The notes beneath the pieces are model-generated. The model saw only the letters and a program-made list of their open reading frames with translations. It did no database searches and had not been told where the DNA came from. Shown one piece after another: positions 47,191 through 56,907 of a stretch of DNA of 64,000 bases. Every line of letters starts with the position of its first letter. The stretch's first letter is position 1. This stretch comes from an uncultured Alphaproteobacteria bacterium (GTDB taxonomy: Bacteria > Electryoneota > RPQS01), in contig CAYUIF010000002.1 in NCBI GenBank assembly GCA_964444755.1, forward strand, positions 1 through 64,000, read 5' to 3'. The position numbers were made by a program, and so were the translations under genes.

Positions 47191-47817
47191 ATGACAGAAC
47201 ACCAATCTTCAGATGCCCGCCGCGATCAAATACTGGATGCTGCCGGGCGACTTTTTATCAAGCAAGGCTTTGAAAACAGCACGGTGGATCAAATCGCCAC
47301 CGAAGCCGGATTATCCAAAGGTGCCATTTACTGGTACTTCAAGAGCAAGCTGGAAATCCTCTTTGAACTGACCGATCGTTGTCTGGTGGATAGCCAGCAA
47401 GAATTAGCGAGATTGTCAGCCATGGATCAAATGGGTCCGGAGGCGCTCTTCAAGTCGCATCGCATCTTGAATGACTATAAGAGCACTAATCCGGAACATG
47501 ATCAGATTTTCTGCCAGTTGCTGGGACTGGCCAATCGCTATCCGGAGATTCGGGATCATATTGTGCGCCACCACCACAAATGGGATCTGTTTATCGCGGA
47601 GTTAATCCAGAATGCCATTGATAAGGGGATATTTCGTCCGGTCAATGCAAAGACGATCGGCCAGGCCATCAACGCGCTGTATGACGGCTTATATACGCGG
47701 GTGCATATGGATCCCGATTTAGATGTTTTAGAGGTGATCGAGACCACCACTCGCCTTATGTATGACGCGTTGATCACCCCCGAATATCGAAACAATACTT
47801 TGGAAAGCCATTCATGA
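47191..47817 (+). CDS. TetR/AcrR-family transcriptional regulator
   Basis: The HTH region reads 'RRDQILDAAGRLFIKQGFENSTVDQIATEAGLSKGAIYWYFKSK'. An AAGGAA ribosome-binding site precedes the start. Confidence 0.8.
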   Translation: MTEHQSSDARRDQILDAAGRLFIKQGFENSTVDQIATEAGLSKGAIYWYFKSKLEILFELTDRCLVDSQQELARLSAMDQMGPEALFKSHRILNDYKSTNPEHDQIFCQLLGLANRYPEIRDHIVRHHHKWDLFIAELIQNAIDKGIFRPVNAKTIGQAINALYDGLYTRVHMDPDLDVLEVIETTTRLMYDALITPEYRNNTLESHS

Positions 47818-49130
47818 AACTTAAGTTGATCATAATCCTTACGGCCGCTTGCGGATTGCTGGTTCAGCAATCGCCGGCGATCACGCTGGATGAGGCCATT
47901 CGCATCGGGAAAGCTCAATCGCTGCGCATGGAGGAGCCGCGCATCGAGAAAATGCGGACCGACGGCCGGGTACGCGAAGCCTGGTCGCTGGCACTGCCGC
48001 AAATCGAAGGACAGATCGGATATCAGCGGGCATGGAAATCCAATGTGGTTTTTTTCCCGAATCCGATGACCGGTGAAATCATGCCGCTGAAGATGCAGCA
48101 AGACAACGCGGCGAGTGCTGATGTAACGCTCACCCAGCCGCTCATGACGTTCGGGCGCGTGTCGGCGGGCATTCGCGCCGCCTATGCCGCCGATCGTTCG
48201 ACCCGCCATTTATCCGGTAATACCGAACGTTCGCTCGAGCTGGAAATCCAAAAGAGTTTTTGGACGGTACTATTGGTGCGGGACGTGGTTGAAATTCGCC
48301 GCGCCAGCCTGGCCATCAGTGATAGTTCATTACAGCGTGCCATTCGGCTGCGGGATGTGGGATTGATGAGCGATTACGACGTGCTGCGTGTACGGGTGCA
48401 AGCGCACAATCAACGACCGCTTCTACAGCAAGCCGAAAACAACCTGCGCCTCGCAGATCTGGCATTTCGCGAGGTGCTGGGGGTTCCGCTGGATACGACG
48501 ATCACTGCGGACGGGCAGTTGGACGAGTTTACGATTGTCCCGGATACGCTGAATTCCGGAGAACGAATTACGAATCGCGATGATCTGGAAGCGTTGCGGG
48601 CGGTGGCGGAAATGCAGAAGAATATCTATGTTATTTATCGCAATGCCGCATGGCCAACTTTAGGCGGGCAAGTAAAATATTCGTGGCAATGGCAAAACGA
48701 CCGGTGGGCGATCAATCCGCAGAATAATGCCTCTTCGGTCTACGGCGGAATCGCCCTAACGATTCCCATCTTGACCAGCGGCGGCACCTCCGGATTAGCC
48801 AAGCAATTCAAAGCGGATTGGCGGCGGTCGGAATGGACTCTTGCGCAAGCCGAACGCGGCGCTAAACTGCAATACGAATCCGCGATTCGTTCCTATCAAA
48901 CGGCTCTTGAAAATGAAGAAGCCACGGAACTGGCCGTGCAGGAAGCGCAGGAAGCGCGGCGCATCGCCCAAACGAAGTTCGAGCAAGGACAAATAACGCC
49001 TTTGGAAATGGACGCCGCGCAATTGGATGAATTGGTGGCGCGGGTGGCGCGGGCACAAGCGAAATACGACCGGCTGGCTGCCGGAGCCGATGTTAAAATG
49101 GCAATGGGTGAATCACCCTTTACGAAGTAA
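47814..49130 (+). CDS. TolC-like outer-membrane efflux protein (OEP family)
   Basis: A signal peptide is present. Two repeat halves carry coiled-coil and beta segments typical of an OEP. The start overlaps the TetR stop. Confidence 0.8.
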   Translation: MKLKLIIILTAACGLLVQQSPAITLDEAIRIGKAQSLRMEEPRIEKMRTDGRVREAWSLALPQIEGQIGYQRAWKSNVVFFPNPMTGEIMPLKMQQDNAASADVTLTQPLMTFGRVSAGIRAAYAADRSTRHLSGNTERSLELEIQKSFWTVLLVRDVVEIRRASLAISDSSLQRAIRLRDVGLMSDYDVLRVRVQAHNQRPLLQQAENNLRLADLAFREVLGVPLDTTITADGQLDEFTIVPDTLNSGERITNRDDLEALRAVAEMQKNIYVIYRNAAWPTLGGQVKYSWQWQNDRWAINPQNNASSVYGGIALTIPILTSGGTSGLAKQFKADWRRSEWTLAQAERGAKLQYESAIRSYQTALENEEATELAVQEAQEARRIAQTKFEQGQITPLEMDAAQLDELVARVARAQAKYDRLAAGADVKMAMGESPFTK

Positions 49131-49138
49131 GGTGCACT

Positions 49139-50206
49139 ATGAAGAATAAACGGTTCATGATTATTGCGATTGCGGCAATCGCCCTGCTGGTAGTTTACTT
49201 CCGGTTTATCCGGGAAGCGCGCAGCGATTCACTGGAGGATGCCTATTCCAATGTGGCGATGGTGGATGGATTTGTAATGCACACCGAACCCTTTATCCGC
49301 CATATCGAAGAAACCGGAACGCTGACCGGCAACCGCGAGGCGATCATTGCTGCCGAGACCGGCGGCCGGGTCATTCGCATCTTTGTGGAAATCGGCGATA
49401 CGGTGAAAGCGGGATCGCCATTGGTTCGTTTGGATGACGAGCTGTATCAACTGGAATCGGAACGCGCCAAAGTCGCCTATGATAAAGCCCAATTGGATTT
49501 CAACCGCATCGAAAAACTCTATAATCAGCAGAGCGTATCCGAATCTGACTTGGAAAACGCCCGGTTGGGAATGAAAGGCGCCGAAGTACAATATCGAATG
49601 GCTCTCAAGACCTATCAGGATGCGACCATTCGTGCGCCGTTCAACGGAACGGTAGCGGCGAAGATGACGGAAGTCGGCCAAACCATCGAACGCGGAATGC
49701 CGGTGGTGCAATTCGTGGATATTTCATCCCTGAAACTCAGCGTTCCGGTGTCCGAGTCGGATATCGGCAGCATTATGCCGGGTTCGTTCGCACAAGTAAT
49801 TGTGGAAGCGGTCGGCGACACGGTGGAAGCGGTGGTCAGCGCAGTGGGCAGCCGCGCGCTGTCCGGTTCGCGTACCTATCCAGTTGAGTTGACGATTCCA
49901 GGTGGATTCAATTTGCGTTCCGGAATGTTTGCGCGGGCGATTATCCCAACGTCACGGGCGGAAGCGGAGATTCTGCTGCCGCGTTCGGCAACGTTGCCGG
50001 ATATGGGACGGACTGTAGTATTTTTGGCGCGCGGCAGCGAAGCGGTTAAGGCGGTGGTGCGCGTTATCGGTACACAAGGCGACCGCGTGGCCGTCGAAGG
50101 ATTACAGGCCGGCGATACGGTGATCGTAACCGGAAATCAATTGCTGTCGCAAGGCTCGCCGATCAATCTTACGCTGACGGACGGAGCGGTTCATGACACT
50201 CACTGA
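49139..50206 (+). CDS. RND efflux periplasmic adaptor (membrane fusion protein)
   Basis: An N-terminal TM segment is followed by a biotinyl/lipoyl-like domain, a coiled-coil hairpin, a beta-barrel and an MP domain. Confidence 0.8.
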   Translation: MKNKRFMIIAIAAIALLVVYFRFIREARSDSLEDAYSNVAMVDGFVMHTEPFIRHIEETGTLTGNREAIIAAETGGRVIRIFVEIGDTVKAGSPLVRLDDELYQLESERAKVAYDKAQLDFNRIEKLYNQQSVSESDLENARLGMKGAEVQYRMALKTYQDATIRAPFNGTVAAKMTEVGQTIERGMPVVQFVDISSLKLSVPVSESDIGSIMPGSFAQVIVEAVGDTVEAVVSAVGSRALSGSRTYPVELTIPGGFNLRSGMFARAIIPTSRAEAEILLPRSATLPDMGRTVVFLARGSEAVKAVVRVIGTQGDRVAVEGLQAGDTVIVTGNQLLSQGSPINLTLTDGAVHDTH

Positions 50207-53200
50207 GTTATCCATCAAGCGCCCGGCGGGACTGGCCATGTTCTTTTTGGCCGTTATCGTCATGGGATTTCTGTTCTATCAACGCTTGCCGGTGGATCTG
50301 CTGCCATCCATGAACTGGCCGTGGGTGACCATCGTGACCACATGGCCGGGAGCAGGCCCCAAAGAAATCGAAACAATGGTATCCAAGCCCATTGAAGATG
50401 CCGTTGTATCGCTGAACAAATTGAAGCATATCCGGTCGTATAACCGCGAGAACGTTTCGGTGGTCGTACTGGAATTCGATATGTCGGCCAATTCGGACAT
50501 TGTTCTTCAGGAGACCCAGCGAGTAGTCAATACCGCCCGGGCGGAACTGCCGGATGACGCGGAAGAACCCCAGCTCTTTAAGGCGGATATCGGCTCGCTG
50601 CCGATCATCCGTCTGGCGATCAGCAGTCCGTTGTCGGGTCCGGACTTGTTTACGCTGGTGGATCGGAACATCCGGCCGCGGCTGGAGCAGGTGGACGGCG
50701 TCGGTCAATTGGTGATCACCGGCGCCGAGGAACGGGAAATCCAAATTGCCGTTGATCCCGAAAAGCTGCGCACGCACGGGCTGTCGCTGAGTGATTTCAA
50801 CGGCGTTCTCGCGGCCGATAATATGGACATCCCGGCGGGAAAGATCTACAGTGCTTCACAGGATTTCACGGTGCGGATGGCCGGAAAATATGCCGACTTG
50901 GCCGAAATCGAGCGCACCCGGGTTCCGCTGGCGGACGGCAGCGCGATCTTCCTGCGCGATGTCGCCCAAGTGACGGACACGATCAAGGCTGAGCGCACGC
51001 TTACCCGTTTGAATGAAAAATCAGCGCTGGGCATACAAATCGTTAAGCAGTCGCAAGCCAACAGCGTACGCACGGCGGAACGGGTGCGCAAAGAACTGGC
51101 GAAGATCGAAAACGATTATGCCGGTCTGGTTAAAATCCAAATCGCGCAGGATATCACGCTATTCACGCGCAGCGCGATTCGTGAAGTCCAGCGGAACATT
51201 CTGGAAGCGTTGATAACCGTCGCATTAGTACTGCTGGTCTTCCTGCATTCGCTGCGAAATTCGCTGATCGTGTTGATCGCGATCCCGATCTCGGTGATCT
51301 CGACCTTTATTTCCATGGCGCTCTTCAATATGTCGGTGAATCTGATGACGTTGATGGCGCTGGGCATGGTCATCGGAGTGCTGGTAGACGACTCCATTGT
51401 AGTATTGGAAAACATCCATCGGTGGCTCAAAAAAGGAGCCGATCCCAAAACGGCGGCGATTCGCGGCCGCAACGAAATCGGCTTGGCGGCGCTTTCGATC
51501 ACGATGGTGGATGTGGTGATCTTCCTCCCGGTGGCCTTTTTGGGAGGTTTGGTCGGCAATATCTTCCGTGAATTTTCATTCGTGTTTGTGACGGCGGTAT
51601 TAATGTCGCTATTGGTGTCGTTTACGCTGACGCCGCTCCTGGCCAGCCGTCTGAATGACGAGAAAAAGGTGGAAGGCGAACGCTGGATGCGCGGATTTTC
51701 CCGCTGGTTCGAACGGCAATTCGAGACGCTGCAGGGCGTCTATCGCCACGTGTTGGTGTGGGCTCTGGGGCATCGCGGTCAGGTGATTCTGATGACATCC
51801 GCCCTGATGATCGGGAGCATTGCGCTGATTCCGTTGGGATTTATCGGAACGGACTTCATTCCCCCCACCGATCGCGGCGAATTTGCCGTCTCTACCAAAA
51901 TGCCGCTGGGAACTACACTGGAAGATAACAATGCAGCCATCGCGAAAATCGAGGACTATATTCTTTCGCTGCCGGACGTCGAGCAGATGATTGCTGTGAT
52001 TGGTCAGCAGGAAAGCGAAAACGGCGTAAACACCAACTCACGTCTGGGTTCAATTCAGGTGAAGCTGATACCGAAGAAGCAGCGCAGCCAGCCGACCGCC
52101 GCCACACAGAATCAGATTGCGGCTTTCGTCCGTTCGATTCCGGGAATGGACGTGGCGATTAGCGACATCGGTCTATTCGGTACGGCGAATTCCTCGCCAA
52201 TCCAGTATGAAGTCCGCGGCCAAAATCTTGATTCGGTGCAGGTAGCGGCGGAATACGCCGTGGCGAAACTACGGCAGGTTCCGGGAGCGCGCGATGTGCA
52301 ATCCAGCTATGAATTGGGTTCGCCTGAATTGTCGGTAGTGGTAGACCGCGAGCGCGCCGCGAGAAGTCTGCTGACACCCGGCGAGATTGCCATGAATTTG
52401 CGCAACGCGGTGAACGGTTCAGAGGTATCCCGCTTCCGGACCGGCGAGGTGGAGGTGGATATCCGCTCGATTTTGACGCCGAAGTATCGAAAAGACCCGT
52501 CGTTGGTCCGCGAGATCGAGATTCGCAATCATGCCGGACAAATGATTAAGCTCGGCGACGTAGCAAGCATCGCACGCACCGGCGGACCGTCTTCCATCAC
52601 TCGCAAGGACCGTGAACGTTTAGTGACGGTATCGGCGAACGTCGTCGGGCGATCGCTGGGTGAAGTGCAAGGTGATTTCGACAAGGAAATGGCGAATTAT
52701 TCTCCACCGGCCGGTGTATCGTTCTACGCCTTCGGCGACGTCGAGAATATGCGGACCATGATGTCGGACATGCTCCAGGCGATCTTCCTATCGGTGTTGT
52801 TCGTGTATATGATTTTGGTGACGCTTTACGAAAACTATATCCATCCGTTCACGGTCATGTTCTCAGTGCCGGTATCTCTGATCGGTGCCTTGATCGGTCT
52901 GGCGGTAACGGGATACACGTTATCCATGTTCTCGATGATCGGTATTCTCATCCTCATGGGCTTGGTGACGAAAAACGGCATTCTGCTCGTGGACTTCACG
53001 AATCAGCTTCGGGATCAAGGCATGGATCGCACGGAAGCCCTGCTGACCGCCGGACCGCTGCGGCTGCGGCCGATTCTGATGACGACGCTGACCATGGTGG
53101 TCGGTTTGATGCCACTGGCGCTCGCGCTGGGCGACGGTTCGGAAATGCGGGCTGGAATGGGCGTGGTCATCATCGGCGGTCTGATTTCTTCGTTGCTGTT

Positions 53201-53321
53201 GACACTGGTGTTGGTCCCGGTCATGTACTCGATTCTGGATCGGTTCAGCCGTAAGCATATTGTACTGCCGGGTACGGAAGTTCACCCCGCCGTTTCGGGA
53301 GCTATGGCGCAGAAGTTATAG
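50193..53321 (+). CDS. RND efflux permease (HAE1/AcrB family), 12-TM
   Basis: It spans 1042 aa. The N-terminus 'SIKRPAGLAMFFLAVIV' is AcrB-like. There are two large periplasmic loops and a conserved TM4 (GVLVDDSIVVLENI). Confidence 0.9.
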   Translation: MTLTELSIKRPAGLAMFFLAVIVMGFLFYQRLPVDLLPSMNWPWVTIVTTWPGAGPKEIETMVSKPIEDAVVSLNKLKHIRSYNRENVSVVVLEFDMSANSDIVLQETQRVVNTARAELPDDAEEPQLFKADIGSLPIIRLAISSPLSGPDLFTLVDRNIRPRLEQVDGVGQLVITGAEEREIQIAVDPEKLRTHGLSLSDFNGVLAADNMDIPAGKIYSASQDFTVRMAGKYADLAEIERTRVPLADGSAIFLRDVAQVTDTIKAERTLTRLNEKSALGIQIVKQSQANSVRTAERVRKELAKIENDYAGLVKIQIAQDITLFTRSAIREVQRNILEALITVALVLLVFLHSLRNSLIVLIAIPISVISTFISMALFNMSVNLMTLMALGMVIGVLVDDSIVVLENIHRWLKKGADPKTAAIRGRNEIGLAALSITMVDVVIFLPVAFLGGLVGNIFREFSFVFVTAVLMSLLVSFTLTPLLASRLNDEKKVEGERWMRGFSRWFERQFETLQGVYRHVLVWALGHRGQVILMTSALMIGSIALIPLGFIGTDFIPPTDRGEFAVSTKMPLGTTLEDNNAAIAKIEDYILSLPDVEQMIAVIGQQESENGVNTNSRLGSIQVKLIPKKQRSQPTAATQNQIAAFVRSIPGMDVAISDIGLFGTANSSPIQYEVRGQNLDSVQVAAEYAVAKLRQVPGARDVQSSYELGSPELSVVVDRERAARSLLTPGEIAMNLRNAVNGSEVSRFRTGEVEVDIRSILTPKYRKDPSLVREIEIRNHAGQMIKLGDVASIARTGGPSSITRKDRERLVTVSANVVGRSLGEVQGDFDKEMANYSPPAGVSFYAFGDVENMRTMMSDMLQAIFLSVLFVYMILVTLYENYIHPFTVMFSVPVSLIGALIGLAVTGYTLSMFSMIGILILMGLVTKNGILLVDFTNQLRDQGMDRTEALLTAGPLRLRPILMTTLTMVVGLMPLALALGDGSEMRAGMGVVIIGGLISSLLLTLVLVPVMYSILDRFSRKHIVLPGTEVHPAVSGAMAQKL

Positions 53322-53345
53322 GCCTTGGTATTCATTCCAACAGGG

Positions 53346-53385
53346 AGAGCCTGCAAGTCACTTTGCAGGCTCTTTTGTGTTGTTG
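53346..53385 (+). terminator. Intrinsic terminator of RND operon 1
   Basis: AGAGCCTGCAA-GTCACT-TTGCAGGCTCT is followed by TTTTGTGTTGTTG. Confidence 0.6.
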
Positions 53386-53548
53386 ATTTTTAATAGATTG
53401 TATATTAATAACTAATACCCATATTCATTGTAAAGATAATATATTCGGAGAGCGAAATCATATGGTATATTAATGATTTGTGCCGTAAATTATTGCACGC
53501 GAGCTTTACTGGTGTGTGCTGCGGTGATTTTCAACCAAGGGGATAAAC

Positions 53549-54649
53549 ATGCGGTTATTACTCGTTCTTCTCAGTTTGGCAGTGCTATTTGCCGTTGGAT
53601 GCAATTCAGAGGGCGATAAATACTACAACAGCTACAACTACTACTATCCAGAGGACTCCACCGGTCATCCGGATACGACCGATGCCCCGGTCCGGATTAC
53701 CTATCCGGCAAGATATGAACCCATCGAAATTTGGTACGATTGGATTTATTATGATTATCCCGATTACAACGGCTGCCGATGGGGTTATGACATCGATACA
53801 ACGATCCGTGCCGAGGTCGTGACTGACATTTCGGAAGACATTAGCAGTGCACAGGTCTATCTTCGCACGTATGACTATAGTGGATTTTCGGCATATGGGC
53901 CAGCCGTTATTCCGACCAGCAGCACATTTTCCGTGATCATCTACAACATCAATCAATCCGGCACTTATTCTCCGCCTGATACCCTGAATTATTCGTTTTG
54001 GGTGCAGGTTACCACCGAAAGCGGTTCGAACTACATTAGTCCGACCGTACCGTTTCAATTGATTTCGAAGGTTGATTTCCCATTAGTCGCAATACCCGAT
54101 GTCCCCGAAGCCGATACGGTTTTTGAATCGTCATACTACCAACAAATGACGATCACGTGGTGCCCGCAATCGCCAAACGTAGACAGTTTTAAGGTACACC
54201 TCCGAACGGTAGGAACCGGCGAAACCGTTCATTTCGCGGTCACGGGAACCCAACGTAATTATAGCATTCGCTATTACCTTCCCGTCACCGCCTACACGGT
54301 ATGGGTTACGGCCGAGAACGAATATGGTGAATCAGATGCTTCCGAATCTCTCAGCATCACGACGAATCCGCCGTTTCTACCCGAAGATTTACGGGCCATT
54401 CAGTATCCCGACCATCGTATTGAGTTGCAATGGTACAATGTTGCCTATCCCGATACGATCCAGGTTTCCCGTCGGGATACGCTTGGCGAATGGACTACGA
54501 TCAGAGCGTTGGATTGTACGAACTATCGGCCCTCGAGTTATGTGGATTCGACGGCGCAGGCACATTCCATCTATTACTATCGCCTCGGAATTCAGTTTGC
54601 CAACGGTACATGGTGGACGCCGGATTCCATCGGGGTTTGGATTCCCTGA
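53549..54649 (+). CDS. Lipoprotein with C-terminal Fn3-like domains
   Basis: A signal peptide with lipobox 'LFAVGCN' is present. A Tyr/Asn-rich linker follows. The Fn3-like segments read 'LQWYNVAYPDTIQVSRRD...YYYRLGIQ'. Confidence 0.6.
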   Translation: MRLLLVLLSLAVLFAVGCNSEGDKYYNSYNYYYPEDSTGHPDTTDAPVRITYPARYEPIEIWYDWIYYDYPDYNGCRWGYDIDTTIRAEVVTDISEDISSAQVYLRTYDYSGFSAYGPAVIPTSSTFSVIIYNINQSGTYSPPDTLNYSFWVQVTTESGSNYISPTVPFQLISKVDFPLVAIPDVPEADTVFESSYYQQMTITWCPQSPNVDSFKVHLRTVGTGETVHFAVTGTQRNYSIRYYLPVTAYTVWVTAENEYGESDASESLSITTNPPFLPEDLRAIQYPDHRIELQWYNVAYPDTIQVSRRDTLGEWTTIRALDCTNYRPSSYVDSTAQAHSIYYYRLGIQFANGTWWTPDSIGVWIP

Positions 54650-54674
54650 CCAACATACAGATTCAATAACAAAA

Positions 54675-54703
54675 CCCGGCGCGAACCGGGTTTTTGTTTG
54701 TTG
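54675..54703. terminator. Bidirectional intrinsic terminator between convergent genes
   Basis: The hairpin AACCCGG-CGCGAA-CCGGGTT has an A-run on one side and a T-run on the other. Confidence 0.55.
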
Positions 54704-54724
54704 TGAAATAACCGGGGCTGTATA

Positions 54725-55354
54725 TTAACGCACGGTCTCGAAATTTTCGCTGGGCATTGAGCATACTGGACAGGTGGCATCCTTAGTGGAGCGAGTCGTT
54801 CGACCGCAACCGGGACATACCAGAAAATCAACATGATTTCCCCGATAGCCATCCAGATCTTTTAGGGCCTGCCGATACATGGCGAGGTGCGCCGGTTCCG
54901 CCGCCAATGCATAGTTGAACACTTGAGCGGCTCGTTCATTCTTTTCTTGGCGGGCTTGCTTAATGAAGGCGGGATACATGACATCCGTCTCGTAGACTTG
55001 GTCCGCTTCCGCGAATTGAAGATTTTCTTTGGTTGACTTGACCACAAATTCGCCGGGATCCGGTGCCGGCAAACTGCCCGATGGATTGATTAGAGCGGCG
55101 AGATTCGCAGCATGAATCTCCTCGCCGCGGGCAATTGCGCGAAACATACTGGCCAACTGCTGATAACCTTCTTCATCAGCCTTCTCGGCGTATTGCTGAT
55201 AAAGCCGATGGGCGGTCGCTTCGGAAAGATAAGCGGTTTGCAGGTTATCGAGTGTCGAACCGAGCTGAATTTCCTTTGATTTACTGTGGGCTGCGGTAGT
55301 GAGTCCAGCAATGACTAAAAAACAAATGATGACAGTATTCAGGGCGTGTTTCAT
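54725..55354 (-). CDS. Signal-peptide-bearing rubrerythrin-like (ferritin-like diiron) protein with a C-terminal CxxC...CxxC rubredoxin-like motif
   Basis: An ATG at 55354 has a GAGGAGA ribosome-binding site. The signal peptide reads MKHALNTVIICFLVIAGLTTAAHS. The body carries 'LQTAYLSEATAHRLYQQYAEKA' and 'EEIHAANL'. The C-terminus reads 'CPGCG...CPVC'. Confidence 0.7.
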   Translation of the reverse strand: MKHALNTVIICFLVIAGLTTAAHSKSKEIQLGSTLDNLQTAYLSEATAHRLYQQYAEKADEEGYQQLASMFRAIARGEEIHAANLAALINPSGSLPAPDPGEFVVKSTKENLQFAEADQVYETDVMYPAFIKQARQEKNERAAQVFNYALAAEPAHLAMYRQALKDLDGYRGNHVDFLVCPGCGRTTRSTKDATCPVCSMPSENFETVR

Positions 55355-55410
55355 GAAAAATCTCCTCGTTTCGTTCAAGAAAAATTGATTTGAACTTCGG
55401 CACAAAGTTC

Positions 55411-55434
55411 TATTTTATACCTACCGGTATAAAA
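55411..55434. promoter_or_regulatory. Operator-like inverted repeat TATTTTATAC-CTACCG-GTATAAAATA in a divergent promoter region
   Basis: Perfect 10-bp arms. It sits between the rubrerythrin-like gene and RND operon 2. Confidence 0.35.
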
Positions 55435-55776
55435 TAAGTTCCATAATTAATAAATTGAAATAATTGAAGATAGAAGTGTTGTGAGTTATGTGTCATATTT
55501 ACTGTACGGAACGTTTTCTAAGCCTTTGTAACGGATGAACGTTTGTCACAATTCTCGTTTCCGAAAATGATTCTAAAACAGAACGTGAGTAAAAAAATGC
55601 GAATGTTATCCGATATATATCCCATCATTTCAGGATAACGGAATCCGATGTATCCTTGCAGTTGTTCGATCAATACGCTAAATTGAATGCACCTTTGTTT
55701 TACAAACCTCTAATTCATTCGATTGTCTCAACTGAAAATACAGGCGTCCATGAAATTCATACATAGAGTGAACGAT

Positions 55777-56907
55777 ATGGTCAGAATCTCAGCCTTCGTT
55801 CTACTGATGATTGCGGTTCTGATGGGCTGTTCTTCCGGAGGGAAGTCATCCTCCTCCGGTAAGCGCGGCGCAATGAAGTTTCCGGTGGAAGTGATGGCGG
55901 TCACGTCCCGCGATGTTGATCTGGTAATCCACGCGATCGGGTCAGTGGAAGCGTTCGAAATCGTTCCGGTTACGGCTCGCGTGCCGGGCGTCGTGCAAAA
56001 GGTCGGTTTTCGCGAGGGCGAAAAAGTGAAAAGCGGCGATCCGCTGATCGAAATCGAACCCGAACGCTACAACTTGGTTTTGCAATCGGCGCAGGCGGCG
56101 TTCGATAAGGCATGTGCTTCGCTACAGGAAGCTCGCGCGGGACTATCGCGCCGCGTGGATATCCAAGGTAAAAATCCCGGGTTCGTCAGCCCGGAGGATT
56201 TGGAAAACTGGCAGACCCGTTATCTGTCCTATGCGGCGGATTCGGCGCAAGCGTTGGCCAATCTGAATATTGCGCGGCTCAATCTGCGCGATGCCTACGT
56301 TCCGGCACCGGTTTCGGGGATCATTCAATCCCGCTCGGTGCTGACCGGACAGTATGTGCAGGCGGGAACGGTGATTGCCACGATGGTGCGCCGCGATCCG
56401 CTATTGCTGCGATTCTCCGTTATTGAAGGCGATGCGCAGCGGCTGCGCGCGGGTCAGCAGGTGATGTTCACCGTGCGGGACGATCACGATATTCATACTG
56501 GAGTGATAACGGCGGTAGCCGAATCAGCCGATCCGGTAACCCGCATGGTGACTATTACCGCAGAAGTGAACGATCCGCAACGCGATCGCTTGCGTCCCGG
56601 TACCTTTGCGGAAGTCACGGTCTTACTGGGAGAAACCGAGAAATTGCCGGTGATACCTCAAACATGCATACGTCCCAGTGAACGCGGATTTTTAGCGTAT
56701 GTGGTCAGTGACAGCACGGCTCGCGAACGAGTACTGAAACTGGGTTTGCAGACTCAAGAAGGATCGGTGGAAGTACGGGATGGTATCCAGGACGGCGAAT
56801 TAGTGGTCGTGCGGGGGGCGGAAGCGCTGCGCGACGGCGTGCCCGTGCGGATTATGCAAAGCGATTCGGTAAATGTTGAAGCGAATCAAGCTGGTAGGCA
56901 GCCATGA
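55777..56907 (+). CDS. RND efflux periplasmic adaptor (membrane fusion lipoprotein)
   Basis: The signal peptide and lipobox read MVRISAFVLLMIAVLMGCSS. The MFP domains are present. The start is ambiguous: ATG 55750, ATG 55777 or TTG 55723. Confidence 0.75.
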   Translation: MVRISAFVLLMIAVLMGCSSGGKSSSSGKRGAMKFPVEVMAVTSRDVDLVIHAIGSVEAFEIVPVTARVPGVVQKVGFREGEKVKSGDPLIEIEPERYNLVLQSAQAAFDKACASLQEARAGLSRRVDIQGKNPGFVSPEDLENWQTRYLSYAADSAQALANLNIARLNLRDAYVPAPVSGIIQSRSVLTGQYVQAGTVIATMVRRDPLLLRFSVIEGDAQRLRAGQQVMFTVRDDHDIHTGVITAVAESADPVTRMVTITAEVNDPQRDRLRPGTFAEVTVLLGETEKLPVIPQTCIRPSERGFLAYVVSDSTARERVLKLGLQTQEGSVEVRDGIQDGELVVVRGAEALRDGVPVRIMQSDSVNVEANQAGRQP

